DNA of 48,403 nucleotides, the filler included, from Sphacelaria rigidula (Eukaryota), in assembly GCA_964200075.2 (NCBI GenBank). It is 2 parts of 2 records of this genome, joined end to end, with 100 filler letters (N's around TTAATTAATTAA, not from the genome) between each part and the next. Parts side by side here need not be neighbours in the genome. Positions count along the whole stretch, not along the records: positions 1 to 24,157 come from CAXNAA020000219.1; positions 24,258 to 48,403 come from CAXNAA020000220.1. One strand, written 5' to 3'. The position numbers and the translations under genes are program-made. Positions 12,893 to 24,745 of this stretch are shown here, piece by piece. Under the pieces are notes generated by a model. It saw nothing but the letters and a program-made list of their open reading frames with translations, was not told where the DNA came from and ran no database searches. Position 1 is the first letter of the stretch, and every line of letters starts with the position of its first letter.

Positions 12893-13774
12893 GATATAGT
12901 TCAAGATTACCCCCCCCCCCCCCCCCCCCCCCCCGATTAGAATAAATAGAGTCAACTTTTCCACCAAAACCGAAACAAATTGCTTGAGGTGACTTTTTTA
13001 TGGTCCTACAACAAAACCCACCGGAGGAACTTCGGGGAGATTTCCAGATGATTTAACTCAAACCGTTCCTAATGACCGTTAGAGCTACTCTGGAAGAAAA
13101 ACTGTCCGAGATCGGCGGAGGTTTTTTGAGAGGATTTTTTTTCCCACCCATCTTGTCGAGAAAAGTAGACTGCTTTCGGGGAGGTTGAGTTTGTCAGGAA
13201 AATAGTCTAATAAAAAACGCCTGCCATCAAGCACGGTGCATCCATTTGAACAAATAGTGGACGCATGGAGGTCAGCCGCTTACAGCACGGTACAGGCAGC
13301 ATACACAGTGCACGGTGCAGCAACAGCACAACGCAACCAGTACATCTGTGCGACAGTACAGACAGTACACATACCGGCATCGGACAGCTGTACAGTACGT
13401 AAATGCAAACATGGACAGACAGTAGCAGCCTACTGTACGGTACACGCAGAACAGCAGCAAAGACAGAGCACTGTACTGGACATACAAGTACGAGTTACTG
13501 TAGAGTAGTTCAGACAACGGATAGCACAGTGGCCGCTGCTCCGTTCCCCGACTTAATGGTGGCAAGTGCCATGCGGGCGCCGCCCCTATTTTTGTGTTAC
13601 CGACTCGGGAAACGTTTTTGGGAGTCAGAACCAACGAATTTGGAACCTGTTTCGGTCGAGACAAGCTGTCAGGAGATGGTCAATGCCCGAAGTGCTTCTA
13701 GCGTCTTTTTCGGGCCATAAGAAGCGGTCTGACATGCTTGTCCTCAGGATTATTGTGAATCACTGCTCAAAGTC

Positions 13775-14142
13775 GGTCGCCCAAGTAGCTCAGTTGGTAA
13801 CCTCGAAACCCTCTGACCTATCGGTCGGGGGTTCGAATCTCGGAGAGATCTAGGATTTTTTCCCACACAACGCCCAACAGTGGAGAGCGAGTATGTCGTG
13901 GATAGACAAATTCGACGTAATGGTCGACGTCGGAAAGGGACCCCTCTCGCGATATAAAGTAAAGGCAAGCACCGCAGAAGGAAGGTGGAGAAGTAAAACA
14001 ACAACAAAAACTCCTGTGTTGACTTCTTCCTGTGTGATCCCGGCTGGTCCGCCCACATATACCGAAAGGTGTAGACCGGCGTCCAGAATAAAATGAACGT
14101 CAACACAAACACACACACGCATTGCTCGAAAACGTACACACA
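13775..14142 (+). mobile_element. tRNA-derived SINE
   Basis: Pol III A box TAGCTCAGTTGG (from 13786) and B box GGTTCGAATCTC (13830-13841) in a tRNA-like head, a ~250-bp body, and a (CA)n-rich tail. A second head copy is at 43321. Confidence 0.85.
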
Positions 14143-15333
14143 ATTCCACAGTTAGTGTGGCGACGACTTTAGAATAATGGCAAGAAAATCTGTCCCACGG
14201 ATCTCCCAAAATAACCTGACAGACTCGCTCACAGAGCGCACATCGGTCGAGGCCTCCGGAAGTGACTTTCCTTGATTCGTGTACCCTAAAGCGGATTGAT
14301 TTAGCCACGGAGAAAGTTCCACGAAAAAGTGACGAGTGGCGCGCCTCCTCAGGTAGATCAGCTACTTACCGTACTAGCTTTACTTTGATCTAAGTTTTTT
14401 TTGGAAGAAAAATCATGCTAGGTCCCACTTCTCATCTTTTTTCGCGAACCTACAGCAATTTAGAAGATTGGTGAAATTCGAGCAGTGGAACGCGTAACTT
14501 TAATTCTGCCCGATACAGCAAGCTACACCGCACTGAATCAGGTTGGTCGGTGAAAAATCTATTTGTTTTGCCATGGGTTGATGGCTGCGGCTAGCAGCAG
14601 CTGCTGCTGTCTTTCGTAGATAGTTTGGTGTGTACCCATTTCCTGAACTCATCAGTCCATGGAAACCTCGCCTCTTGTACAACTCTCCAGGCTGGATTCA
14701 TGCACATTGCCTTCATTCAATTTTTTCCCTGCTCAAATATCCATGGGACAAATTGCTCAGCAATCACGGTCGCCATACTAAGAGTGCATGTATACACAAG
14801 CCCCAATAAGTACATTTCTACTTACGACTTGCGGGAGACGTTATTGCGTTCTGAGTAGTTTTCATGTATTATCGATCGCTCTTCATGTTCCCAACAGCCA
14901 AATGTTTAGCCACAACTGGCAAAAGCGCAGAATCTACGAGTCTCAGATTAACTTGAAATGTCATACACGTCGTTGTCATTTTTCATGTCATGATTCGGAG
15001 GAACCATCGGGAATAGAGCGTGTTATGAGGGTTTGCGATAACATCATCTCATTTTTATTTCGATGTTGTTCGCATACAGCTATTAGTGAGACCTGGGACG
15101 AGGTGATATCCCCGTGAATCATTTTCCATGAGGACACTATCTCAGCCCGGAACTCGCCGTTTAAAAAAGTCTCGTTCTCCGCTGATGGCTGATGTCAGGG
15201 TATTTACTTTGAATAATTCTTCTGAATAATTTTTCCGAATCGATCATCGCGTGCCTACAAGCAAGTACTTCGAGCGCCAGCTCTACGTTCCTCTTATATA
15301 GCTCTCATTATAGATAATGGGGGGCTCCTTTCG

Positions 15334-15504
15334 ATGAGGCGGTATAGTAGGACAACTTTCGGAGAATTGCAGATGATTTCCGCCGTAGCGGCTCTGTACC
15401 CTGATAATTACAGACGATCCGAACGGCGTATGCAACAGAGTAGTCCAACACGACAATCGTCCATCTATGAGCGCACACCACGAAGTCGTCGGTTTAAACG
15501 AAAG
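15334..15504 (+). CDS. Gene 1 (coiled-coil protein), candidate exon 1
   Basis: ATG at 15334 (or 15430); phase-0 donor AAG|GTTAAA joins in frame to the exon at 15672 (RRFKRK|TSRREF); donor is weak. Confidence 0.45.
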
Positions 15505-15671
15505 GTTAAACTGCAGGACTGGGAGCGAGCGTATCGGCCAAAACGATGAGAAAGTGCCAGCATGTTGCTTGGGTTGCGACTTTCTCAGCGTTGTCCCTGC
15601 ACCCTGCAACTATGGCAAGTAAAACACGGTGACAACATTACCGCCGCCGCGCCCTTGCTGTCTTCTTGCAG

Positions 15672-15869
15672 ACAAGCCGTCGGGAGTTCGACCTTAGACT
15701 AAGCAAGAGACGATACAAACGGCTCCAGGCCGACATGTTTCGTAGCAAGGTTCAGCTGGCGGATACCCTCAGTGTCCTGGAGTCGGAACGAATCGAACAC
15801 GCCGACGAACTCGAGGCTTGCGCAAGCAAACAGGTGGAAGTTGAAGATGCCTTGCGTGCTGCGGACGAG
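15672..15869 (+). CDS. Gene 1, exon 2
   Basis: Acceptor TCTTCTTGCAG, donor GAG|GTGCGT; 66 codons, phase 0/0; E/A/L-rich heptad-like sequence. Confidence 0.8.
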
Positions 15870-16205
15870 GTGCGTGTCGGTTGGTCCGTAGCTTGCGGAT
15901 ATCGTGCTAGAATCGAGGTATTTTGAGCGCGTTGCTGCCGGAATATATGTGTGTATCTTGGGTTCGTGTGCTACCCTCTACGACGAAACACGTGTTCCAT
16001 CCCATTTCTATGTTTCTCATCGTACGAGTTTAAGAAGTTCGCTTCTCGCTGCGATGGATTGTCGCACGACCGTGTAAGCTCGGCGTTGCGGGGTTTACGT
16101 TCAGAGTGCATCACGCTGATCAATGGCTAAAACTCATTGTCATCGGCTGTTCGTAGTCTCTCGTGTGGATTTCTTGAGTCTACACTCACTTTATTCCTTG
16201 CATAG

Positions 16206-16396
16206 GTTTTGATGCAGCTCGTAGCAGAATCAAAGGATCAGCGCAAAATCGCCCAGGAGCGCCAGGCTACACTCTCGACTCACCTTGAGGTCACGCAGAG
16301 AAGGCTCGAGCAAAGCGTCAAGGCGTGCACTCGCGAGAAGCTGTCGACCTGGGCCACGGTGGCCCGAGAAAGCGATAGAGCAGTGAGCCGCGAGAG
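16206..16396 (+). CDS. Gene 1, exon 3
   Basis: Acceptor TTCCTTGCATAG, donor AG|GTTAGT; phase 0/2 matches both neighbours. Confidence 0.8.
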
Positions 16397-16738
16397 GTTA
16401 GTGGCTTCATATCGCCAACCACGAAATCGTGGGCAACGCCTATCGCACGGCTTCAGTGGAAGTAGTTGTCTTTCAAGGAGACGAACCAGCTAGCGAGAGA
16501 GAACCAAGGTCTTTCTTTTCGTTGTGATACAGCGTCCGGAAACGTTTATTTTTTACGTCGACGTTCTCCCTCTACCGCCAAATATCCGTGTTGCACTAGA
16601 AACCTCGCCCCCTCCTGTTTAAGCAAGAACATAAAATAGCGTAGTAGATGGGTTACAATCATCGCTTCTGTTTCACGCCTCCTCCGACGGTATGTCTCGT
16701 CGTTCAACCGGTGGTGATGATATTTTATGTGTAAGCAG

Positions 16739-18228
16739 GTACAGAATGACGGCGTTTCTCCAGCGGTACGTCGTAGAGAACGAGTTTCTACGAGCCTCGA
16801 GAAGCGAAGCCCAGGCGGAATGTTCCTCCCTTCGCGGGCGCTTGCAGCAGCCCGAAGCCATCTTAGAAAAGCTTCCCGCAGCAGCGGCTGATCAGCGACC
16901 TGCGAAGTTTACTGAAACTTCGGATCCAGGGGAAGAGGTGGGAACACATGGGGCGGGAGACCGGCAGCGACACAAGAACCACGTCGGTTGTCCCGAAGGT
17001 GTACTGGTGTGTGACCCGATGAAGGGGGAAGGCCAAAACCAGGGAGCCAACAAATCAAAAGCGCCGGTGACACAGGACGAAGTGGCCATTCGGTGGCCGT
17101 GCGACCGCCTGGGCGTCGGTGTCGGTATTGCTGCTGCTGGAGGGTGGGGTAGAGGAGGTGGAACCGGTAGAGGGCGTAGTAACAGCGACAACAATAAGAG
17201 GTTGATGAGCGTGAAGAACACAGAGGGGAAAGTGAGAGTCTTGCACGGGCGAATCGCCGAGCTCGCCGCCTTGCTTGCAGCCACCGAAGACGATCGAGAT
17301 TCCCTCGCATCCCTCTTGATCCTTGCCGAGACGAAAATGGAGCGCATGGTCGCAGAGCAAGAGGAACTAGCGATTTCTATTGCCTGGGAAGCCGTCGTCG
17401 ACGGTCTGCGTGCGAACTGTGTGGGGGCAGCAGGGGTAAAGGAGTCGCGGCGATCGAAATGCCCACCGAGAGAAAATGATGGCACTGGCTGCACGCCGGT
17501 AGTGCCAATGGACGCAGAATCTGGCAGTGCTGTGCACGACCAGGGGGGGGATGCAGAGCGCATCGTGCTGTTGGGAAACTCAGAGTACAAATCGTCGAGC
17601 TCATTTGCGGAGGGGGAAGTAGCAGATGCGGCGCGGAATCAGTCTGGAGAAGGCTATACTGCTAGAGATTTGGAAAACATTGAACTCAGGAGACGAGTGC
17701 GGGATCTGGAGACACTGCTGCGCGCTGCAGAGATCGATCATCAGGAGGCACAACGCGAGAAGATGGCCAACGTCTCAAATATTCACGCTTCAGTGTCGTG
17801 CAAATCGGAGGACACGACGATCGCGCAATCACGATCTGACGCAGCAGCCGCCATCGCAACGACCGATACGACTCCATGCGATGGCGAGGACGCTACGGTA
17901 TTATTGGACTATAGGACCCAAGGTTGCCCAGGAGAGAGCGCCGCCACGGGCAGGGCAGACTGGACACCAACTGGCACCGACTTGACCAAGAGGTCGCCGC
18001 ATTGTGTCAGAGCGGGTGGCACAATGCGCAGGCAGTTGGCGTGGGTTCTTGGATTGCCCGAGGACCGTGCAACGGAGCACGAGATGCTGGCGGAAGTCAT
18101 GCATTTAGTTGTGGAACGTGGAAAGGCTAGGACCGACACTTCTACCCTTGAAGCCCAACTGGCGAAGACAGACGAACAGCACACGTTGGCATATCGCACG
18201 CGACTAGCTGCCACCGTCGCAAGCGAAG
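16739..18228 (+). CDS. Gene 1, exon 4 (coiled-coil blocks separated by low-complexity linkers)
   Basis: Inside the 549-aa ORF; phase-2 acceptor AAGCAG|G and donor AAG|GTGAGA at 18228/18229. Without splicing the frame runs to TAA at 18339-18341. Confidence 0.8.
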
Positions 18229-19731
18229 GTGAGAAAATTCAGACGACATCATACAGGAGATGGAATAGACACCGTATAGCCATTTCACACGAAAGGGCAG
18301 GTGAACAACAGAATTGTAGGGGCTTGTACTATGGCATTTAATACGTATTTATGTTCTTTCTCCCCCCCTCCCCTACCTCTGTCTTCCTGTTCAAGCATTC
18401 ACTACCTCCCACTCAACAGTACATGAACGGATAGTGCCGACAGCCAACCCCCACATGTGTGTCACCGTTGGGGCAAAGGGAGTGGGGGGGAGGGGCGGGG
18501 CGAGGGGTACTCATTTGTTGCTTGCAGGTATTTGATCATTAAGCATGTATCCCTTTCGAGACGGAGCACCGCTCCTACTCCTAATATAGACACCCCTATC
18601 ATTTGGATTCTCAATACGTTTCTTCCATACACTGCACAATATATATATATATATATTATCATACCCCCTTTCTGATTCGCCGTATTTTGCCACCATATAT
18701 CTCCTAGTGTAGTGATCGTTTTCTCCCTACAGTCTAGCGTACCAAATGATTTCATGCTGCCTTCGTTTACTTCCCACATTTTCCCATGTAACATGTTCCT
18801 TTCCTCGTCGTATACTTCACGTTCTGCCACTGAACGAATTCAACGCTCTATTGTTTTGCCACAGGGGCAATTCTGTGTATCCACTTCCTCCTCCACTCGA
18901 CTACTGCTACACCACTTTTCTCTCTGGCAGGTCCTGGTTCCCTTCCCTAAATCGCGCCTGCAATTTTTTCGCGGAGTCCATTGGGCCATGCAGACATGTT
19001 TTCATCCCTATCCCCTCTCTCAACTCCCCGGATATCATCAGGTGCTCTTCCTCGTCTACTTTCCATCTTAGCACTTCTTTTCCCCTCATGTCTGTCATGT
19101 CTCTTACTTTTGTCTCATATCTGCCCCATTCGTCTACGGACATTATCTCGTCTTGGTTTCCTCTTATATCCTTCCATACTTTCTCGACTACGCTTTCACA
19201 CCTTATTCCAACCTGCCCCCTCGTCACTTACTTCCATACAGCCCTATCAACTGTGGCTGGTAATCTTTTCCTTGACATGCACGCTCCGTGCGATATACTG
19301 ATATTTCAATTTTCTCGTGTCTATGAGTTTCAAGTGGATGCAATCCCAATTCTGCTTTCAAGACTATATTACTCGTCGTTTTCGAGAATCCAAGTATTTC
19401 TTAGCTGCTGCCATCTGCACTGCTTTCAGCTTCTTCACCAACGTCGCATTCCCCTCCCACACTTCTCCCGCATACTCCAGTTTTGGTACAATCACATTCA
19501 TCAGAATACACCTCCTAATCCTAGTGTATAGGTGCGAATCTCTTAAGTTCACATACATTTTGTCTATCTGTGTCTTAATCGTTCCCATCATTTAATTTAT
19601 GTGCGCATCCCAAAACCTGTTTTTCGAGATGTTCACGCTAAGGTATGTATACTACATATGTCGGACGAGCACGAGTATGACTCGCGGCACTCGCGCTCGT
19701 TGGGCTGCTCGTTGGCCGTTTCCGAGGTCGT

Positions 19732-20088
19732 CGAGCACTCGAGTCATTGCTTGTTGTGGAAAAATAAATAGGGCGCGTATTCGAGTCATTGCTCGTTGTG
19801 GAAAATCAATAGGCCAAGTATCCGAGTCATTGCTCGTTGTGGAAAAATAAATAGGGCGAGTACTCGAGTCATTGCTCGTAGTGGAAAAATGAATAGGGCG
19901 AGCACTCGGGTCCTTGCTCGTTGTGGAAACATCAATAGGGCGCGCACTCGAGTCATTGATCGTTTTGGGAAAACTAGTACAGCGAGTACTCGAGTTATTG
20001 CTCGTTGTGGAAAGAATAATAGGGTGGGTACTCGAGTCATGGCTCGTTGTGCAAAAATCATCAGGGCGAGCACTCGAGTCATTACTCG
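19732..20088. repeat. 42-bp tandem array 1 (~8.5 units)
   Basis: Consensus CGAGTACTCGAGTCATTGCTCGTTGTGGAAAAATCAATAGGG, head to tail. Confidence 0.95.
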
Positions 20089-20865
20089 GGGCGAACCACT
20101 TGAGCCGAGGAGTCAGCAATCCGATGAGCAAATAGTTATGATGAGCTCCTCGACGATGTTGAATCTATAATATTCAAGCCCACATGCATGTCTGCACATG
20201 TACAAGGGTCAAGCGTTGAAGCGGACCAGGGTGATATCCCACGTCGCAAATCATGCAAAGGCTGGTTCGTGCTTCCAGAGTGTGGTGCCTTTACGGTCGC
20301 ACCAGAAAACCTGGCGCATGCGCAAGGCATCTTGTGCGTGTACAAGGCGTACCAAAGAGAACAACATCAACATAGTACATGCCCCCAAGTCGTTTCGAAT
20401 ACACCCGACATGCTGGGACGTGCACCGTTTCGAACAAATAAGCTGTACCGTGCAGGCAGTAGATGCGAGTGGGGGAAAGTTGCGTATCGATTGTCACCTG
20501 CGATTATGTCTGTAAGGAGTCATCACCGATGACAACAGTAGGCGGAGCCGCACTAGCGAATGTAGGGAGCCTGCGGTGGGGCGGAGTGCTGTACAAGCAG
20601 AAAAGCCGCAGCCGCAACCAGTACAGCAAGGAGGCTACGGCTTTTCTGCTTGTACAAACAGTGCTCCGCACCACCGCAGGGTCCCTGCACTCGCTAGTGC
20701 GGCTCCGCCCATGTGATGAGGGATACACTGTCGAGCGCCAGGTATCTGGCTGTGCCGCATGAGCGGGGCATTGTTGATTACTTCTTCAAACGTCGAACGA
20801 CCACGACTATGACTCGTGGCACTCGCGCTCGTTGGGGCTGCTCGTTTGCCGTTGTTGGAGGTCCC

Positions 20866-21190
20866 TGAGCACTCGAGTCATTGCTCGTTGTCGCAACATG
20901 AATAGGACGAGCACTCGAGTCATTACTCGATGTGGAAAACTTGGTAGGGCGAGTACTCGAGTCATTGCTCGTTGTGGAAAAGTTAGTAGGGCGAGTACTC
21001 GAGTCATTGCTCGTTGTGGAAAAATCAATAGGGCGGGTAGTAGTCGAGTCATTGTTCAGTTGTGGAAAAATCAATCGGGCGAGTACTCGAGTCACTACTC
21101 GTCGTGGAAAAAATAGTAGAGCGAGTGCTCGAGTCATTGCTCGTTGTGGAAAAATCAATAGGGCGAGTACTCGAGTCACTGCTCGTTGTG
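20866..21190. repeat. 42-bp tandem array 2 (~7.6 units)
   Basis: Same consensus and orientation as array 1; one unit is 46 bp. Confidence 0.95.
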
Positions 21191-24157
21191 TTTTTACAAA
21201 CATCAACGAGTGCACTCATTTCGACGAGTATTGACTTGTCCCCCGTGTGGTATACTGGTCTACGATGGGAAGTTCCTCTTCTCCCCACTTCCATTTGAAC
21301 CCACCAGGTTCTCCTTACCTTTGTCACATGCAAGTACCGCACATTTTTTTACATCCGCTGCCACTTTCCATTTCCTAGTGTATTCTAGCACCTTTTCTAT
21401 TCGGTTTTGCAATCCTTCAGGTGTTTCTGATATCCCTACGGGATTATCCGGGAGTACCAATCCCGATACTAAATCTTCCCCCACCTTAAATCCTTGCTTT
21501 GCTGTTTCTGTTGCTATTATCGGGTCATCAGTGAATAGTTCGAATAAAATGGGTGATAACGTACATCCTTATGCAACTTCATGTAAAATGTCAAAATAAT
21601 TTGATATTTTCACGTTCGGCGTCATAGCACTTGTCGCACATTTTATCATATTTTTCATCATTCTCCACATCTTTCCTCTGATCCCAGTTTCCTATATCCT
21701 TTTCCGCAGCTCATTTTTCCATACTGTGTCATGGGCCTTCTTTACGTCTAGGAAGAAGCAATGCGATGTCAGCCCGGCGTTTCCTACCTTGAATACTCTT
21801 ACCTAGTGTGTACACATGCTCTGCGCAGCTACGGTTTGTGCTGCAGCCTGCATGCTTGTCGTCGATTTTTCCTTCCTTCTCTTGCGTCGTTCCCACTCTA
21901 TCTTTCAGAATCTCACATATTCTTTTCTTTAAGGTCCTCAGTAGCATTTTTCTCTTCATCACTCCCTGGGCAAGTCTTGTCTCCTTTCTTGAAAAGGTTT
22001 ACTACTATTATACTCTTTCTCTCCACCTCTTGGGTGTGCATTCGCTTCCAATTATACAGCATAAATATCATAGTAATCATTTCCTGTCCCCCGCACTTGA
22101 GATATTCATTTACTATTTCGTCCGCCCCCGCTGTCTTTCTGTTCTTGAGTTTAGCTACTCAATCATTCACCACCTCTCTCGTGAACTCTTTCTGGAATTA
22201 TTTGGACCCACTGTCTTTCCGTTTTGATACCTCTACATTTGCCTGTGCCCATGCGTTGTTTTTTCCTAGATTCCGCGTCCTCTTTCAGTTGTTGGTGTTC
22301 CTAGTTGACGGTAGTGCTCTACTAGTACTTCTGTCTTACCCTTCTAACTACCAACCATTTTAACGTTCTGTGCTCTGAGTGTTGCTATCTCCTTCTCTGT
22401 CTCTCCTATCTGTTTGCCTAGTATCCCTTTCATCACTCCCCACGTTTGCTTCATCCTGCCACCGCAATCTTCATTTTTTTTGTGACCTACGTGTTCCCAT
22501 ACTCTCTCCTGTTTGTTCTCTATCCTCTTCGTTACCTCCTTTATACCTTTAGCATGCTCCTCTCGCCCTGTCGTGGTTTTGCTCGATAGATACCTTGCGT
22601 GGGGCTTTCTTCTTATTATTACACCCTCTTTTACTTCTTCATTTCACTCTTCTACTGCTCTGTTGTATATTATCAGTTTCTTCCCTACGACTTTTACTTC
22701 CCGTGATCTTGATCATTTTTTTCTCCCATCTTTCTATAACCCTCGCTATTGCCCGACTCCTTTCCATTTCGATGTTAACTGTACCTACTCTTTCCGAGCA
22801 CCCGGGAGAATCCACCATTTTACTGCTCTGTTGCACACGATGAGCTGTTTCATCCCTATGACTGTACTTTCTGTGACCTTGACCGATTGCTCCCATCCTT
22901 GTATCACCTTCGCTCCTGCCCGATCCCTTCCCATTTCGGTATTGACTGTACCTAAGCTTTCCAACAGCTCGGAACATTTTACTGCATTTGTGGTCATCTG
23001 TTCTCGGGACTCTTGCTGTATTCTGTTATTCTCAGCTTATCCATTCTCACACGTTCCACGATCCTATCACCATATTCGAATCATCATCCACTCTCCTTCC
23101 GCCTATTGTTTTCTCCCCGCCGTTCTTATTTCCACTCTTCCCAGCTTCTTTTTTTTTTTTCGTTTTTTGTTTAGTTCTCGTCTGTTTGCTTCGGACCCCT
23201 GTTTCCCCTCCCCTTTTACTTCCGAGCATTTACGTGTTCGTGCTTCTCCTTCCTTCCATTTCCTTGAGGCCTACGTCATCGATTCGTTGTTCCATTGGCC
23301 ACATATACTCTCCACCCTACCCCCATGCCGACGTCTTACTTGTCTCTATCCTCTCCCACTCCTTGCTCGCTCTCTGTGTTAGCGTGACTCGGAAGTGTTC
23401 TCTCTCCCTTTCTACTGTTTCCTATTCCCAAACAGTGTAGACCTACTTCCAAGCATCCCCTTTTGAACTCTATTCTCGTCATGTCGCTAGGGGCTCCGAT
23501 TACGAGCACTATACAAGTACTTTCCCTGTCCACTCTTTACATCTCCATCCACCCTTCCTTACCGTCTCTCTCTCGATCTCTTCCGAGAGTATCTCCAACG
23601 TTTTGGCCTGAGTACCAATGTGGGATGTAGTCAAGATGCGGGAATATCCCAATCCTAGTACTTGATGGGGATCTGGTGTCTTTCAAGTCCTTCGCTGGCT
23701 CTCCGACACAAGAAAGTGCCTCTAACACGGGCTCATACCCTGGAGCTAAGTCTAAGACCCTTGAAACAATTACCCCACGTCTGTGCCTGACGATCCGCAT
23801 CGTAAAACCATCCAGGCGTCCCACGATCGTATATATCATCTTCTTGTCCGATTGCTGTTCTGGTTGTTTTCCTTCAGGGAGGTCATTCTCAATGTGTAAG
23901 GTCCACGGACGGCTTGCATAACACAAAGTCGTACTCACACATCAGGATGTACGGTACATCATCACTGCCTTCTATTCCATGTACGGTTCACCACGGATCG
24001 CTACTCCACTAGTGCTCCGGAGCAGGACTTCGCTGCCCGAAAGCTTGGTAAAACATTCCCCCACATCTTGTTCTAGCTCCTATCTACCACAATCTCAAGA
24101 TGTCTACGTACCGCTTGGCGGTCCAAGGGCGGGAGGAGGGGGGGGGGGGGGGGGGGG

Positions 24158-24257
24158 NNNNNNNNNNNNNNNNNNNNNNNNNNNNNNNNNNNNNNNNNNN
24201 NTTAATTAATTAANNNNNNNNNNNNNNNNNNNNNNNNNNNNNNNNNNNNNNNNNNNN
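24158..24257. other. Artificial contig-joining linker / gap
   Basis: 44 N + TTAATTAATTAA (stops in all six frames) + 44 N = 100 bp, preceded by a poly-G run. Confidence 0.97.
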
Positions 24258-24489
24258 AACGAAAGCAATAAAAGAATCGAAAATCAAATAGGACACCGTT
24301 AAGGGCTCGTATAAACATAACGGACTTTACTTATGGGACAGAGGAAGTATTACCTTCACCTTTCAAAAACGCCAAAAACCCGCCCTGACTGAAAGAAAAA
24401 CGATGACCCGCCCTGGCGGTCGAGAGATGAGATAATCGAGTTAGTGGCTACTGTTTTCACGCGAAACTCCAAGATTTTTCAGTTTAACA

Positions 24490-24745
24490 TGGCCGCCAAG
24501 CGGACCGCACAGAGAGTAGTCAGCAGCAAATGCCAGGGGTGTACGTGATCGAAACCGGCATCGGTTGCCAACCTGTGATCGGCCGATTTCGGCCAAACAC
24601 GTGACCTGCCGCGAGTACCGCGAATTACCATCGTGGAGTATGACTATGGCTTGCTGTATGGCTGTGCTGGACGAGGTGCTCTTCCCCTGTCCTCGGGACG
24701 AGTCCGTGGTCTCGAGGGATCAACCCATCTCTCCCCAGTATATTA
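24490..24745 (-). repeat. Interspersed repeat; part is an inverted homolog of window positions 1-45
   Basis: CCCCTGTCCTCGGGACGAGTCCGTGGTCTCGAGGGATCAA (24684-24723) resembles the reverse complement of the first ~40 nt; outer boundaries approximate. Confidence 0.5.

Larger units (their letters stand above)
19655..21249. mobile_element. Non-autonomous DNA transposon with 8-bp TSD (hAT-like) carrying two 42-bp tandem arrays
   Basis: TSD GTATACTA (19647-19654) / GTATACTG (21250-21257); degenerate ends CATATGTCGGACGAG vs reverse complement CACACGGGGGACAAG (10/15). The LINE peptide DQY-TYL is restored when the element and one TSD copy are removed. Confidence 0.75.
18342..24130 (-). mobile_element. 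Near full-length but dead LINE (APE endonuclease + RT; CR1/L2-like tentatively), interrupted by 19655-21249
   Basis: Minus-strand motifs MVIGSWNV (~23060), CFFLDVKKAHDTVW (~21740), VA*GCTLSP, GLVLPDN (ADD destroyed), ELPIVDQY|TYLSVNISK split by the insertion, IVPKLEYAGEVW; A/T-rich 3' tail near 18340. The 5' boundary is approximate. Confidence 0.85.

Noticed and set aside
13775..13850. Functional tRNA gene
   Set aside because: A and B boxes are present, but there is no acceptor-stem pairing and it continues into a SINE body and tail.
14615..14665. Hammerhead ribozyme on the minus strand (CTGATGAG...GAAA)
   Set aside because: Stem II cannot close (G opposite G) and there is no NUH cleavage triplet after stem III.
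19732..21190. CRISPR array (leader plus palindromic repeats)
   Set aside because: The variable ~15-nt part of each unit is a mutated version of one consensus, not a unique spacer; no cas genes; eukaryotic context.
19652..21342. Repeat-protein ORFs over the 42-bp arrays
   Set aside because: Open in nearly all frames on both strands because the unit is 14 codons with few stops; 41- and 46-bp units shift the frame.
22513..23382. 289-aa + strand ORF (and 18746-19531, 21761-22363)
   Set aside because: F/S/L-rich antisense shadows of the purine-rich LINE coding strand.
24202..24213. TTAATTAATTAA as a biological site
   Set aside because: Centred exactly within Ns; a standard artificial spacer.
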